From: a virus
DNA length: 64,000 nt
Strand: one strand, 5' to 3'
IMG/VR virus record: IMGVR_UViG_3300008448_000033
Coordinates: 21,592-85,591 of that record
The first letter of the stretch is position 1. Every line of letters starts with the position of its first letter. Both the position numbers and the translations under genes were made by a program. The notes beneath the pieces are model-generated. The model worked only from the letters and a program-made list of their open reading frames with translations. It did not search any database and had not been told where the DNA came from. Below are positions 28,146 through 36,579 of the stretch, in pieces.

Positions 28146-29118
28146 TCATTATCCTCTTTAGGTTCATATAAAGCTCTTCAAAGTTACTCTCGCCAAAGCC
28201 ATCTGTCAACATCATTTTTTGTATTTCAATTTTGTTGAAAGTGCATTCACTATTTTCTAGAGCATAATTTATTTTATGTACATCTTGAATAGATAAATTT
28301 GAAGAATACAGTTGCATTAAACTGTAATTTAATTTGATTTTTTTTTCTTGATCTACAATATTATCAAAGGCTTTTGCTTTTCCTTTATTTTCTCTAGAAA
28401 AAGAAATAATGTCGTCTATGTAATAAGTTTTTTCCTCTGATAGAAATGGAAACCTTTTTGCAACAGTCGGCAAGCCTACACCGTCAACACCATCAATATT
28501 GTCCGATGTGTCTCCAGACAAAGCTCTAGCTAAACAGAAATTATTTGGGTGTATTTTATACTCTTCTAAAATTCTTTTTGTATTAAGAATCTCTTTCTGC
28601 ACAGGTCTATAAAGAATTGTATTTTTATTACACAACTGTATAAAATCTTTGTCGCTTGAGACAATAACTTTTTGATAATCTTTTAGTTCTTGCTTATAAA
28701 CAAGTGCAGAAATAATGTCGTCTGCTTCAACGCCATCAAACATTAATTGTATAATTGGCATCTGATTAAGATATTCAACTAATCTTAGCATTTGCCAGAC
28801 TTTATTTTTTAATTCTTCATTTTCGTCTAAATTCCTAATATTTCTGTTTAGACGTAACGGCTTACGACCATCTTTGTATTCTTTATAAGATAGTTTTTTC
28901 TTTCGTGAACCGCCAGTTCCATCCCAACAAATAATAACTCTATTTGGATTAACTTCTCTTATAAGTTTTTGTAAAATCTTTAAAAATCCTTTAATTCCAC
29001 CAATTGGTTCGCCATTATTTGATAAGCTTGGATCTACTATAAATGCTCTAAAGTAGTTATTATTACCATCAATTATTAGAAGCTTCTTCTTTTCTTGACT
29101 TGACGAGTTCTCGCTCAT
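28132..29118 (-). CDS. 5'-3' exonuclease / flap endonuclease (Pol I N-terminal/T4 RNase H-like)
   Basis: LIIDGNN, CWDG, YKDGR, VEADD, SSDKDF, GDTSDNIDGVDGVG. Confidence 0.92.
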   Translation of the reverse strand: MSENSSSQEKKKLLIIDGNNNYFRAFIVDPSLSNNGEPIGGIKGFLKILQKLIREVNPNRVIICWDGTGGSRKKKLSYKEYKDGRKPLRLNRNIRNLDENEELKNKVWQMLRLVEYLNQMPIIQLMFDGVEADDIISALVYKQELKDYQKVIVSSDKDFIQLCNKNTILYRPVQKEILNTKRILEEYKIHPNNFCLARALSGDTSDNIDGVDGVGLPTVAKRFPFLSEEKTYYIDDIISFSRENKGKAKAFDNIVDQEKKIKLNYSLMQLYSSNLSIQDVHKINYALENSECTFNKIEIQKMMLTDGFGESNFEELYMNLKRIMNENC

Positions 29119-29485
29119 GACGCTCTACCTCTGCAACACAGCTAAATAATTCTTTAGTTGCATCGCCAATAAATGGACCGTCATAACCGCTGTTGCGGAG
29201 CCTTTTAGCAACATAGAAAAGACGGTACAAAACGTCATTATACCTGTCTAAGTCTTTAAAGTTCACAAGAAGCTTATTGTATTTTTCACGAAGTTCTTCT
29301 AGGTCTTCTGATAGCCGATCTGCCATATCTGATTCTGATTGGACGATCATGGTCATATAAGTTGCGCGTTCTTTTAGCGTAGTTGGGATTTCATCACCTT
29401 TACCATCCACAAGACTACCAGCTTTTAAAATTTCTTTAGCCTCTTCTATTTCTGCTTTAAGCTTTTCTAATTCTGTATTAATCAT
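29069..29485 (-). CDS. hypothetical coiled-coil protein
   Basis: ATGA overlap with the deaminase; runs 50 nt into the exonuclease gene. Confidence 0.55.
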   Translation of the reverse strand: MINTELEKLKAEIEEAKEILKAGSLVDGKGDEIPTTLKERATYMTMIVQSESDMADRLSEDLEELREKYNKLLVNFKDLDRYNDVLYRLFYVAKRLRNSGYDGPFIGDATKELFSCVAEVERHERELVKSRKEEASNN

Positions 29486-29920
29486 AATTTATAGGTTCCT
29501 ATGGTTTCACTATCAACAGTATAATAAACTTTTGAAATACCACGCTCCTTAAGGATCTCATGGCACATAACACAAGGCTTGCTCATACGGTCTTCATGCT
29601 TTCCCTTGCTTGCACGGGCAACATAAACTATAGCACCTTTAGTCTGTGCGCGAGGGATATTAAGAATCGCTTTAATTTCTGCATGATAAGTAGAAAGACC
29701 CTTCTCTTCGGGACGATACTTCGCGCCAATAGAAGAATACTTCTCAGAATTAATTCCGAAGTTAATGATAGCACCGCCCCGAACAAGCACAGCGCCATGA
29801 CGAAAGTTGCCATAGGTAGAACACTCTGCCATCTTCTTAGCTAACTGAAAGATACCTCCGCACGCTCTTGGAACAATCCTTCTTGCTGATTAAGGTCTGC
29901 TGGTTGTCGTTGGTCTTCAT
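29482..29920 (-). CDS. Zn-dependent cytidine/dCMP-deaminase-family protein; full length requires a +1 shift near 29848
   Basis: RHGAVL, HAE, PCVMC; GGAGG-led ATG 29920 is one nt out of frame with the catalytic ORF 29482-29832. Confidence 0.8.
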
Positions 29921-30398
29921 TTATTGCCTCCGTTGATGATTCACTATACTGCTGAACTAATTCTTGTTCAAGTTCTTTCTTAACCGACTTTGCATCGTGA
30001 TCATAAAATTCTTTATACCATTTTTGATCTCTTGCGGTTTTTTTAGAATGACAGTTGGCACAACGGACAACACACTTCTTTATTTCTTTTTCTAAGGTTT
30101 TAACTGTGGTTCTACCAGATACCATTTTAGAAACGTCTTTGTGTTTATCACCAGTTACATGATCTAGCTGTAAAACAAATGGATCTTTTTCTCCGCAATC
30201 TATACAGGGATGTTGAAGATAATATTTAAACACATATTTTCTTCCAATAAATCGTCTGTAATCGTCTTTTACGCGACTACAAACTTTACAAAAGTTTTTT
30301 GATTTAAACTTTTCTCGCTCACCGATAGCATTACAATTTTTACAAGTAAACAAGATTTCTTGTTGTACTGGTCCAAACAACTCTAATTGTTCATCCAT
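29841..30398 (-). CDS. free-standing HNH endonuclease
   Basis: CIDCG..LQLDHV..EIKKCVVRCANCH plus N-terminal CxxC..CxxC; start revised to MDEQLE behind GAGG. Confidence 0.8.
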   Translation of the reverse strand: MDEQLELFGPVQQEILFTCKNCNAIGEREKFKSKNFCKVCSRVKDDYRRFIGRKYVFKYYLQHPCIDCGEKDPFVLQLDHVTGDKHKDVSKMVSGRTTVKTLEKEIKKCVVRCANCHSKKTARDQKWYKEFYDHDAKSVKKELEQELVQQYSESSTEAINEDQRQPADLNQQEGLFQERAEVSFS

Positions 30399-30408
30399 GT
30401 AAACCTCA

Positions 30409-31338
30409 TTAATTTTTGATACCAAACTTTTCTCTAATATCAAGTAGAGCAATATTTTTCATTTTTGCTTCAATATCGACATCCACAGAATCTTCTAGCA
30501 TTAGCTTTAGCTGCTCTTCAGGAATATATCTTATCATTTGCGAATGCGCTCGTTTTTGATTGTATGGAGCATTTTCCATACCAATCTCTGTATTTGAAAG
30601 ATGTTGCAATGGTTTGATATTACCCCAAGTGTTTAAAACATAAGGAAAAACTTCCAAAAAATTTTGATCATCGTTAGAAATGATATGATGATGGCTATCG
30701 AAAACAATAGGAACATTAATTTTTCTACTAATTCTAAGAAGCTGTCCAACATTATAACACCTTTCGTCATTCTCTAAGGTTAAACGATTTTTAATATTAT
30801 TGGGTAGAGAAGAAAATACTTCAACAATTCTATCTTCACGATTGGCTTTACCACCGTGAATATTGATAGCATAGTAAGGAGTTTGTTCAAACCCCATAGT
30901 ATCAAATACCCAAGCGTGATATGCAAGTTCTTTAATGCTGTTCTCTACCGTACTGTCTTTATCGCTACTGATAACACAAAACTGACCGGGGTGACAAGTT
31001 ACTCTGATCCCTGATTCCTTGAACTGTCTCCCAGCAAGAGCGAGGTCTGTTTTAATTTGTTCATCGTTTTTAGCAATATCTCCACAGAATTCAAATAGTG
31101 GGAATAAGCCACTTGAAAGTCTGAAAGATTTGATGTTGCATTCATTGAGACGAGGAATGATTCGCAGGATTTCCTTGACATTTCCACGATATGTTTCAAG
31201 AATTCTCTCTCTTGTGTATTTCCCATTTTTGTATGCACCTAATTGTAAAAGTTTTTCATCTATGATGTTCTCATAAATAGTAGTCCCATCGCGTTTTGTA
31301 CGCGGTTCAATCCACTGGCAGCAAAGTCCCAAGCTCAT
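30409..31338 (-). CDS. uvsE: UV-damage endonuclease UvsE/UVDE
   Basis: FRLSSGLFP, HPGQF, INIHGG, LTLENDE, FDSHHH, QHLS, AHS, IEAKMK. Confidence 0.92.
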   Translation of the reverse strand: MSLGLCCQWIEPRTKRDGTTIYENIIDEKLLQLGAYKNGKYTRERILETYRGNVKEILRIIPRLNECNIKSFRLSSGLFPLFEFCGDIAKNDEQIKTDLALAGRQFKESGIRVTCHPGQFCVISSDKDSTVENSIKELAYHAWVFDTMGFEQTPYYAINIHGGKANREDRIVEVFSSLPNNIKNRLTLENDERCYNVGQLLRISRKINVPIVFDSHHHIISNDDQNFLEVFPYVLNTWGNIKPLQHLSNTEIGMENAPYNQKRAHSQMIRYIPEEQLKLMLEDSVDVDIEAKMKNIALLDIREKFGIKN

Positions 31339-31577
31339 TAAGAATCCTTTGTGTCTAGAAGAGCGTTATCTAGTTCATACTGTACGCTATCAAGTGCTTT
31401 CTGTCTAGCTTCTTCTATTGAATCCGCTTCGCCTTTTTCTTCTACTTTTATGTGCCACCAATATTTTCCATCCTCTTTTGGTCCACCAATTATGATTTTA
31501 ATTGGACCATTATCGCCAATAATCTTTACTCTACCAGCGTGTTTTAAATCTATAGTAGTCCAATCAATTTTTGACAT
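31338..31577 (-). CDS. hypothetical protein
   Basis: First ORF after the promoter at 31596-31624. Confidence 0.5.
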   Translation of the reverse strand: MSKIDWTTIDLKHAGRVKIIGDNGPIKIIIGGPKEDGKYWWHIKVEEKGEADSIEEARQKALDSVQYELDNALLDTKDS

Positions 31578-31624
31578 AAAAAAGCCCTCTTGGCAAGAAT
31601 GCCAGAAGGCTTTTAAAGTGTAAA
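31578..31624 (-). promoter_or_regulatory. terminator hairpin with an embedded promoter
   Basis: AAAGCCTTCTGGCA/TGCCAAGAGGGCTTT stem; TTTACA-17-(TGg)CATTCT with -10 over the loop. Confidence 0.55.
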
Positions 31625-31631
31625 ATTGTTT

Positions 31632-31979
31632 TTAAAGTTTTCCGTGATCGGGCACAGAAAATCCTGTCTTTGGAATAATTAGTTTTCCGTTTTCGTGAAC
31701 AATGATACCATCAAACATCAATTCTGACACTGCAATTTTTAATTGAGTACGGTAATCACCACCTCTTGGTTTTGCAAATGGTTTGCCGGTAGCTTGTTCA
31801 TAAATATCTTGTAAATATGGCGATGGAACTGGTTTCAACTCAGCTAGATGTTCTTCACCTGATGTCCCAACAAATTTTTTATAATTCTTTTTGATGTTAT
31901 CAAAAACACCTTCTTTAATAACATGATTCTTTATTTCTTCTCTGATTATGTTTCTCAAATAACTTTCTGTAATTTTCAT
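31632..31979 (-). CDS. hypothetical protein with head-targeting-like leader
   Basis: MKITESYLRNIIREEIKNHVIKEG. Confidence 0.6.
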   Translation of the reverse strand: MKITESYLRNIIREEIKNHVIKEGVFDNIKKNYKKFVGTSGEEHLAELKPVPSPYLQDIYEQATGKPFAKPRGGDYRTQLKIAVSELMFDGIIVHENGKLIIPKTGFSVPDHGKL

Positions 31980-32003
31980 TTAATTCTCCCAAATTTTTGT
32001 AAT

Positions 32004-32600
32004 TTATTTTTTATTTTTACTTTTAACATTTTTAATTAACTTCTCAAGCTTTTCTATTCTTTCTTCTAAATCTTTTATTGATGTTTCTTTATTAAAGAGA
32101 CTTGATTTTTCATTTTCTTTCCCTTCAAGCGCAGACAATCTCGCAGATAAAGAAGCAAATTTTGCGGATGCTTTAACTTGATGTGTTTTACAGTCAGTAG
32201 GTTCTTCTTTTTCTTCTTCTGGTTTAGAATCACCACTTTTACCTTTGACTTTTAATTTGCCCTTAATGAAGCTTTTAGCTAAATTCATTAGGGCGGGAGT
32301 ACCAGCAGAGGATACGGCACCGGCTAAAGCACCGATTGTAGCCGTAATTGCAGTTGCGTGATCCTCTGCTGGTTGTGGCTTAGGAATTACCGGATCTGCT
32401 TTTGGTTGCTCCACAACGGCAACCATTTCTTGCACACCAGCATCCATTTTTTCTTCCTGTTTAACAATTTGTTGTTCATCGCCAAAAAAAGAAATAGAAT
32501 CTAGATCTTGACGATCAGAATATTTTGATAATTCTGCAAGATCTTTTATTTCTATCTTTGTGCCATCTTTTAATGTAACTAATGCTTTTTGCTCTGCCAT
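32004..32600 (-). CDS. membrane-associated coiled-coil protein
   Basis: Hydrophobic AITATIGALAGAVSSAG segment; C-terminal coiled coil. Confidence 0.5.
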   Translation of the reverse strand: MAEQKALVTLKDGTKIEIKDLAELSKYSDRQDLDSISFFGDEQQIVKQEEKMDAGVQEMVAVVEQPKADPVIPKPQPAEDHATAITATIGALAGAVSSAGTPALMNLAKSFIKGKLKVKGKSGDSKPEEEKEEPTDCKTHQVKASAKFASLSARLSALEGKENEKSSLFNKETSIKDLEERIEKLEKLIKNVKSKNKK

Positions 32601-32601
32601 G

Positions 32602-33030
32602 TTATCTTATCTCTATGATAAATTGATCTTTTTTGACACCTTTTTCTAATATATATAGTTCAGCTTCTTTTGCAAAGTCTTTTGATAGATTACCTTTATT
32701 ATAAAATATGATTTTAATATTTTTTAATTTACTATTTTTTAATAATGCAACTGCCGATGAATCAAGTATTGGTATGATTTTTTTCTTTTCTTCTGGTTCT
32801 TCTTTCTTAAAGAACTCTTTCTTTTTTGGTTTTTCAATAACTTTCTTTTCTTCTTCTTTCATTTCAAACTTAAAACAGTCAGGCATATTTGAGCATTTAA
32901 ATTCTTCTGCTCTGCGATACCAAAAAAAATTAACACATCCATAGCTATCTTTTTCTACTGGTGTCCAATCGCATTCTACTGCATCGCTTTTTAAAGCTAA
33001 TAAAAATATTAATAAAAATAAACGGCGCAT
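32602..33030 (-). CDS. secreted protein with signal peptide
   Basis: MRRLFLLIFLLALKSDA; four Cys in the mature N-terminus. Confidence 0.55.
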   Translation of the reverse strand: MRRLFLLIFLLALKSDAVECDWTPVEKDSYGCVNFFWYRRAEEFKCSNMPDCFKFEMKEEEKKVIEKPKKKEFFKKEEPEEKKKIIPILDSSAVALLKNSKLKNIKIIFYNKGNLSKDFAKEAELYILEKGVKKDQFIIEIR

Positions 33031-33050
33031 GTTTGTTCTCCGTTTTAATT

Positions 33051-33344
33051 TTATTTTTTCTTTCCTTTTACAGCTTTAGCTTTTTGTTTTAAAGCTTCGG
33101 CTTTTGCTTTCGCTTCGGCTTTAGCAAGTTCAGCTTTTAATTCTAATTCTTTCATTTTTTCTTCGTGCTTTTGTTCGCTTTTCTTTTGCCAGAATTTCCA
33201 ACCGGCACCACTACCTAGCAAAACAACAACAACTAGCACAACTGCCACAACTGGATTGCCGCCAGTTAATTCTTTTAATTGTGCTAATTCGCCAGCCATA
33301 GTTTGTGGTTGAGCAACGCTTGCAACTGTTTCTGTGTTTTCCAT
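33051..33344 (-). CDS. single-TM protein with charged C tail (holin/spanin-like)
   Basis: PVVAVVLVVVVLLGSGAGWKFW followed by a K/E coiled coil; late-type motif upstream. Confidence 0.5.
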   Translation of the reverse strand: MENTETVASVAQPQTMAGELAQLKELTGGNPVVAVVLVVVVLLGSGAGWKFWQKKSEQKHEEKMKELELKAELAKAEAKAKAEALKQKAKAVKGKKK

Positions 33345-33398
33345 CTCCTTTCTCCCATATTATAAGACAGGACCAGAAGTAAATCTGATCCTGTCAAA

Positions 33399-33406
33399 TA
33401 ATTAGT
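33399..33406 (-). promoter_or_regulatory. ACTAATTA putative late-promoter motif
   Basis: Intergenic, upstream of the membrane-protein cluster. Confidence 0.55.
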
Positions 33407-33419
33407 TAAATTTTATTAA

Positions 33420-34568
33420 TTAAGCCACTTCTTCGGAATCTGTTTCTGATTCTCCATCAATATTATAATAATTTTTTGCTTCACCTTGACGATTCTCAAA
33501 TTTAACTATTACTTCCTCTTCCATGACCTTGTAAACAGTCTCACGGAATGCTTGATCTTCCATTAACTCATCCCATTGAGAGGCTTGGAATTTCTTTGGT
33601 TGTCCACTAATTTCAATTTCATACCAAGCACCCATTTGCTTAATAAATGGTTTAATAGCCTCAAACACACTTTCATGGTCTAGAATACCAATTTCCTCAC
33701 CAGCCCATAAGATACGGAATGTGCATTCACGACCAACGGTTCCAAATCTTGATTTCTCAAGACGAACTTTTACCTCATTACCAATTCTATATCCATTTCT
33801 ATCATGAACATATGAATCCTTGCCTTTTCTACCTGTTAGCCATAGTCTTAGGCTATAAGCAAAAGCAAGACCTTTACCACCGGGAGTTGAATATCTCTCG
33901 GAGTCGGTTAGGTACTTAATATTACCTGTAACACTAAGGTTATGCTTAAGCTGGTTTAGAACTATCAAGGTTGATTGTGAATTAGCTATCGGCATGATGA
34001 TCTTTGATAAGCCTTTTGCCATAATACGTGGCTTAACTGCCATGCTTTCATTTGGGTTGAAAGTTCCTTCAATGTCTGTCTTTGAAGGCGTTAGCGCAAA
34101 CGAATCCCAAATAAACAACATCCTATTTTGATTATTCTTCAACAATTCTTCGATTGTTTCAAGAACAAATTCAACGCTCGTTGCTTGAACGTATAGCATT
34201 TTTGAAACATCAAGACCAATTTTCTCCCAGAACGTTGGATCAATCGCGCTTTCTGAGTCAAAATAAATTACATCAATCCCTTTTTTCTGAGCGTTTGCAG
34301 CAATTTGCGCTGCCATGTAGCTTTTACCAGAGCCTTCCATACCGGCAATTTCTGAAATCTTACCAACTGGTATCCCAGCTAGTTTACCACGACAAACAAT
34401 TGAATCTAGCCAGCGTGAGCCAGTAGAAATCCAATCAGTAACTTCTGTTGGGCTTTCTTGCAATAGGTCAAAAGATACCTCTTGACCAGCTTTTTTATTA
34501 ATAATTTTTCTTAGTTCGTCTATTGATACTTTTCCTGCCGGAACGCTTTCTTCTTTCTTTTTAGCCAT
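33420..34568 (-). CDS. recA: RecA/UvsX recombinase
   Basis: ISTGS, GMEGSGKS, YFDSESA, IWDS, LNQL, TPGGKG. Confidence 0.93.
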   Translation of the reverse strand: MAKKKEESVPAGKVSIDELRKIINKKAGQEVSFDLLQESPTEVTDWISTGSRWLDSIVCRGKLAGIPVGKISEIAGMEGSGKSYMAAQIAANAQKKGIDVIYFDSESAIDPTFWEKIGLDVSKMLYVQATSVEFVLETIEELLKNNQNRMLFIWDSFALTPSKTDIEGTFNPNESMAVKPRIMAKGLSKIIMPIANSQSTLIVLNQLKHNLSVTGNIKYLTDSERYSTPGGKGLAFAYSLRLWLTGRKGKDSYVHDRNGYRIGNEVKVRLEKSRFGTVGRECTFRILWAGEEIGILDHESVFEAIKPFIKQMGAWYEIEISGQPKKFQASQWDELMEDQAFRETVYKVMEEEVIVKFENRQGEAKNYYNIDGESETDSEEVA

Positions 34569-34583
34569 ATTATTCTCCTAAGT

Positions 34584-34643
34584 AAAAGAGCCACAGACTT
34601 TTGATCTGTGGCTCAGTCTACATCATAACTAATTTAGTGTTAA
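34584..34643 (-). promoter_or_regulatory. recA promoter abutting the SSB terminator
   Basis: TTAACA-17-TAGACT immediately followed by GAGCCACAGA/TCTGTGGCTC-TTTT. Confidence 0.65.
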
Positions 34644-35434
34644 GCGTCTAAATCCATATCTTCAAAGGCTTGTTCAAATTCAGATTTAGCCTTTACAGAC
34701 TTTTTAGCTTGTACTGGCGTTGCTCCAAACTTTTTAAGTTCTGTAGAGGTTTTTTCTACTTCTTCTTCTGATTGATCAGAAGCTAGGAATGTTACTACGA
34801 TTTTCTCTACTTCTTCTGAAGTCTTACGAGCAAATAGAGTGTTGAAGTCTGGAATTTGCTTTAATAGCTCCGCAGCCTTAGCTGGTCCTTCATCTGTTAG
34901 CTTTGATGAATTACGGGCAGCTGTAACATTTGTATCGGCGTACTGCTTACCGTTAGCTTGTTCTTTTAGAAGGAACATATCTACGCCCTTATCTGGGTCT
35001 GTGATATCTCCATACTCCTCGTCAAGAACATATTGTAGAAAAGCCTTGTACACAGTTTGGCTATAACCAAATACTCTAACACCTTCAGTTTCTTCGCCTC
35101 TTACATAGATAGCAGAGTAGAAGCGTTCCTTGGCACCGATGTCCTTAGCCATCTTCTTACCATCTTCTGATTTCTCTCTATAAAGCTTTGCAACTAGATC
35201 ACAAGCTTCACAGTGTTCGCCATAGTTCTTCTTTGGGCACAGAAAACCCTTAGCGTCAATTTGGTAGTGAAAGTAGAACTTCTTGAATGGATCACCATCC
35301 TCTGGACAAAGAACGCGAATCTTTGTCTTTACTCCATCCTTAAGCGAGAAAAACTTGTTATTCTTATCGCTTGGTAGGTTCTTCTTTTGGGCTTCGTCTT
35401 GCTTCTGTTGCATCTTTTTCATATCAATAGCCAT
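34640..35434 (-). CDS. gp32-like single-stranded DNA-binding protein
   Basis: KIRVLC, FHY..CPKK..CEAC Zn site, YGDITDPDKG, acidic C tail; adjacent to recA. Confidence 0.8.
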   Translation of the reverse strand: MAIDMKKMQQKQDEAQKKNLPSDKNNKFFSLKDGVKTKIRVLCPEDGDPFKKFYFHYQIDAKGFLCPKKNYGEHCEACDLVAKLYREKSEDGKKMAKDIGAKERFYSAIYVRGEETEGVRVFGYSQTVYKAFLQYVLDEEYGDITDPDKGVDMFLLKEQANGKQYADTNVTAARNSSKLTDEGPAKAAELLKQIPDFNTLFARKTSEEVEKIVVTFLASDQSEEEVEKTSTELKKFGATPVQAKKSVKAKSEFEQAFEDMDLDA

Positions 35435-35502
35435 TTGTATTCTCCTTGTCGGTCAGTGTCCCTGCCGACTGTTGTAAGACTCTAGCACGGTCTGCGCTAG
35501 AG

Positions 35503-35757
35503 TTAAAGCACAAATTTTTTAGTTTCTTTTTTTACTTCACCTAAAACAGTTTTCCAATTAAAAATTCTTATTTCTTGACTTTCTAAATCCCAAACTCTTT
35601 CTAAACCATCTTGTAACGGGTAAGTTTTTTTACCAGTGAGTTTGCTCTCTAGAAATAGCTTAGGCATTTCTGCTAATTTTACAAATTTCATTTTTCTCAG
35701 AGATCCATCTTGCTTCTTGAACACGCCTTCGTAAACATCTAATTCAACCTCTGTCAT
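35503..35757 (-). CDS. small Sm/SH3-like (WYL_2-like) protein
   Basis: FKKQDGSLRKM...VWDLESQEIRIFN. Confidence 0.55.
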   Translation of the reverse strand: MTEVELDVYEGVFKKQDGSLRKMKFVKLAEMPKLFLESKLTGKKTYPLQDGLERVWDLESQEIRIFNWKTVLGEVKKETKKFVL

Positions 35758-36578
35758 TCTTGAATCCTTTGACTAAAAGCGTGTATAAAACAATAATCTT
35801 GCTCTTGCTTTGTAGAGTATATTGTAAAGCTTACTTTGCAATTGTCAACTGCTTTTGCAGTAACTAATGATTTAATATTTTTTAGAATAGAACCATCAGT
35901 TTTTAATTTTTCTTCGTTAAACACAAAATAAAAATATTTATCACTTATATTTTGTAAGTTATATAAATAGTTCTCTACATTATTTTTTATATCGTAAACA
36001 CCAACCGTACATATCCTTGCTATATCTTTTGGTGTTGCTATGTTCCCAAATATACCATCAGTTGTTTCGTTTGTTAAGATAAAATTTAAACAATTAAATA
36101 TGTATTCGTTTATTTTTTGATAATATCCTATAACTGGTAGGTCGCCTAATATGTTTTCTACATTTGGGTTACTAACTAAATATATTTTCTTAAATATACC
36201 AGATCTAGCATATTCCTGTAAGACATTAAAAGTAAGTTTTTCCTGTAATAAATTATTACCAGCTAGAGAATTAGTCTGTGGTCTTATGTAGATTATATTT
36301 AATTCTCTCTCTTTTAACTGCTGAAGTATACGCAGTGATGCTCCAGATATCATTCCAGAGCCTCCTACTATCAGGAACGCTCTATCTCCAATTTTATCTA
36401 AATAATTTGATAGGCTTGGAGCATTTTTTTCATAGTCTTCGGGTGTTTTTTGTTCCTTAACAGGAATACAGTTTTCACCCTCAATATTTTTATCTATCAA
36501 AATAACATTATATTTCTCATCACCTTCAAATAATTCAGCGATGTTGCAACCAGCGTTTCCAAGTCCAATTATAGTCAT
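35754..36578 (-). CDS. divergent tubulin/FtsZ-family GTPase (PhuZ/TubZ-like)
   Basis: IIGLGNAGCNIAE; GGSGMISG in place of GGGTGSG; LVSN. Confidence 0.75.
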   Translation of the reverse strand: MTIIGLGNAGCNIAELFEGDEKYNVILIDKNIEGENCIPVKEQKTPEDYEKNAPSLSNYLDKIGDRAFLIVGGSGMISGASLRILQQLKERELNIIYIRPQTNSLAGNNLLQEKLTFNVLQEYARSGIFKKIYLVSNPNVENILGDLPVIGYYQKINEYIFNCLNFILTNETTDGIFGNIATPKDIARICTVGVYDIKNNVENYLYNLQNISDKYFYFVFNEEKLKTDGSILKNIKSLVTAKAVDNCKVSFTIYSTKQEQDYCFIHAFSQRIQE

Positions 36579-36579
36579 A

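Noticed and set aside
33361-33397. TTGACA and TATAAT flanking the hairpin upstream of 33344
   Set aside because: Spacing is about 26 nt, too long for a sigma70 promoter; the ACTAATTA motif explains expression better.
34466-34481. GAGGTATCTTTTGAC in recA, resembling the prfB site
   Set aside because: It is read in a different frame (GAG GTA TCT TTT GAC, EVSFD) and recA is continuous. It shows such strings can arise by chance, which tempers the deaminase finding.
22289-35971. Intragenic ACTAWTTA copies (about 22289, 31274, 35964)
   Set aside because: Inside coding regions, far from starts; compatible with chance in AT-rich DNA.
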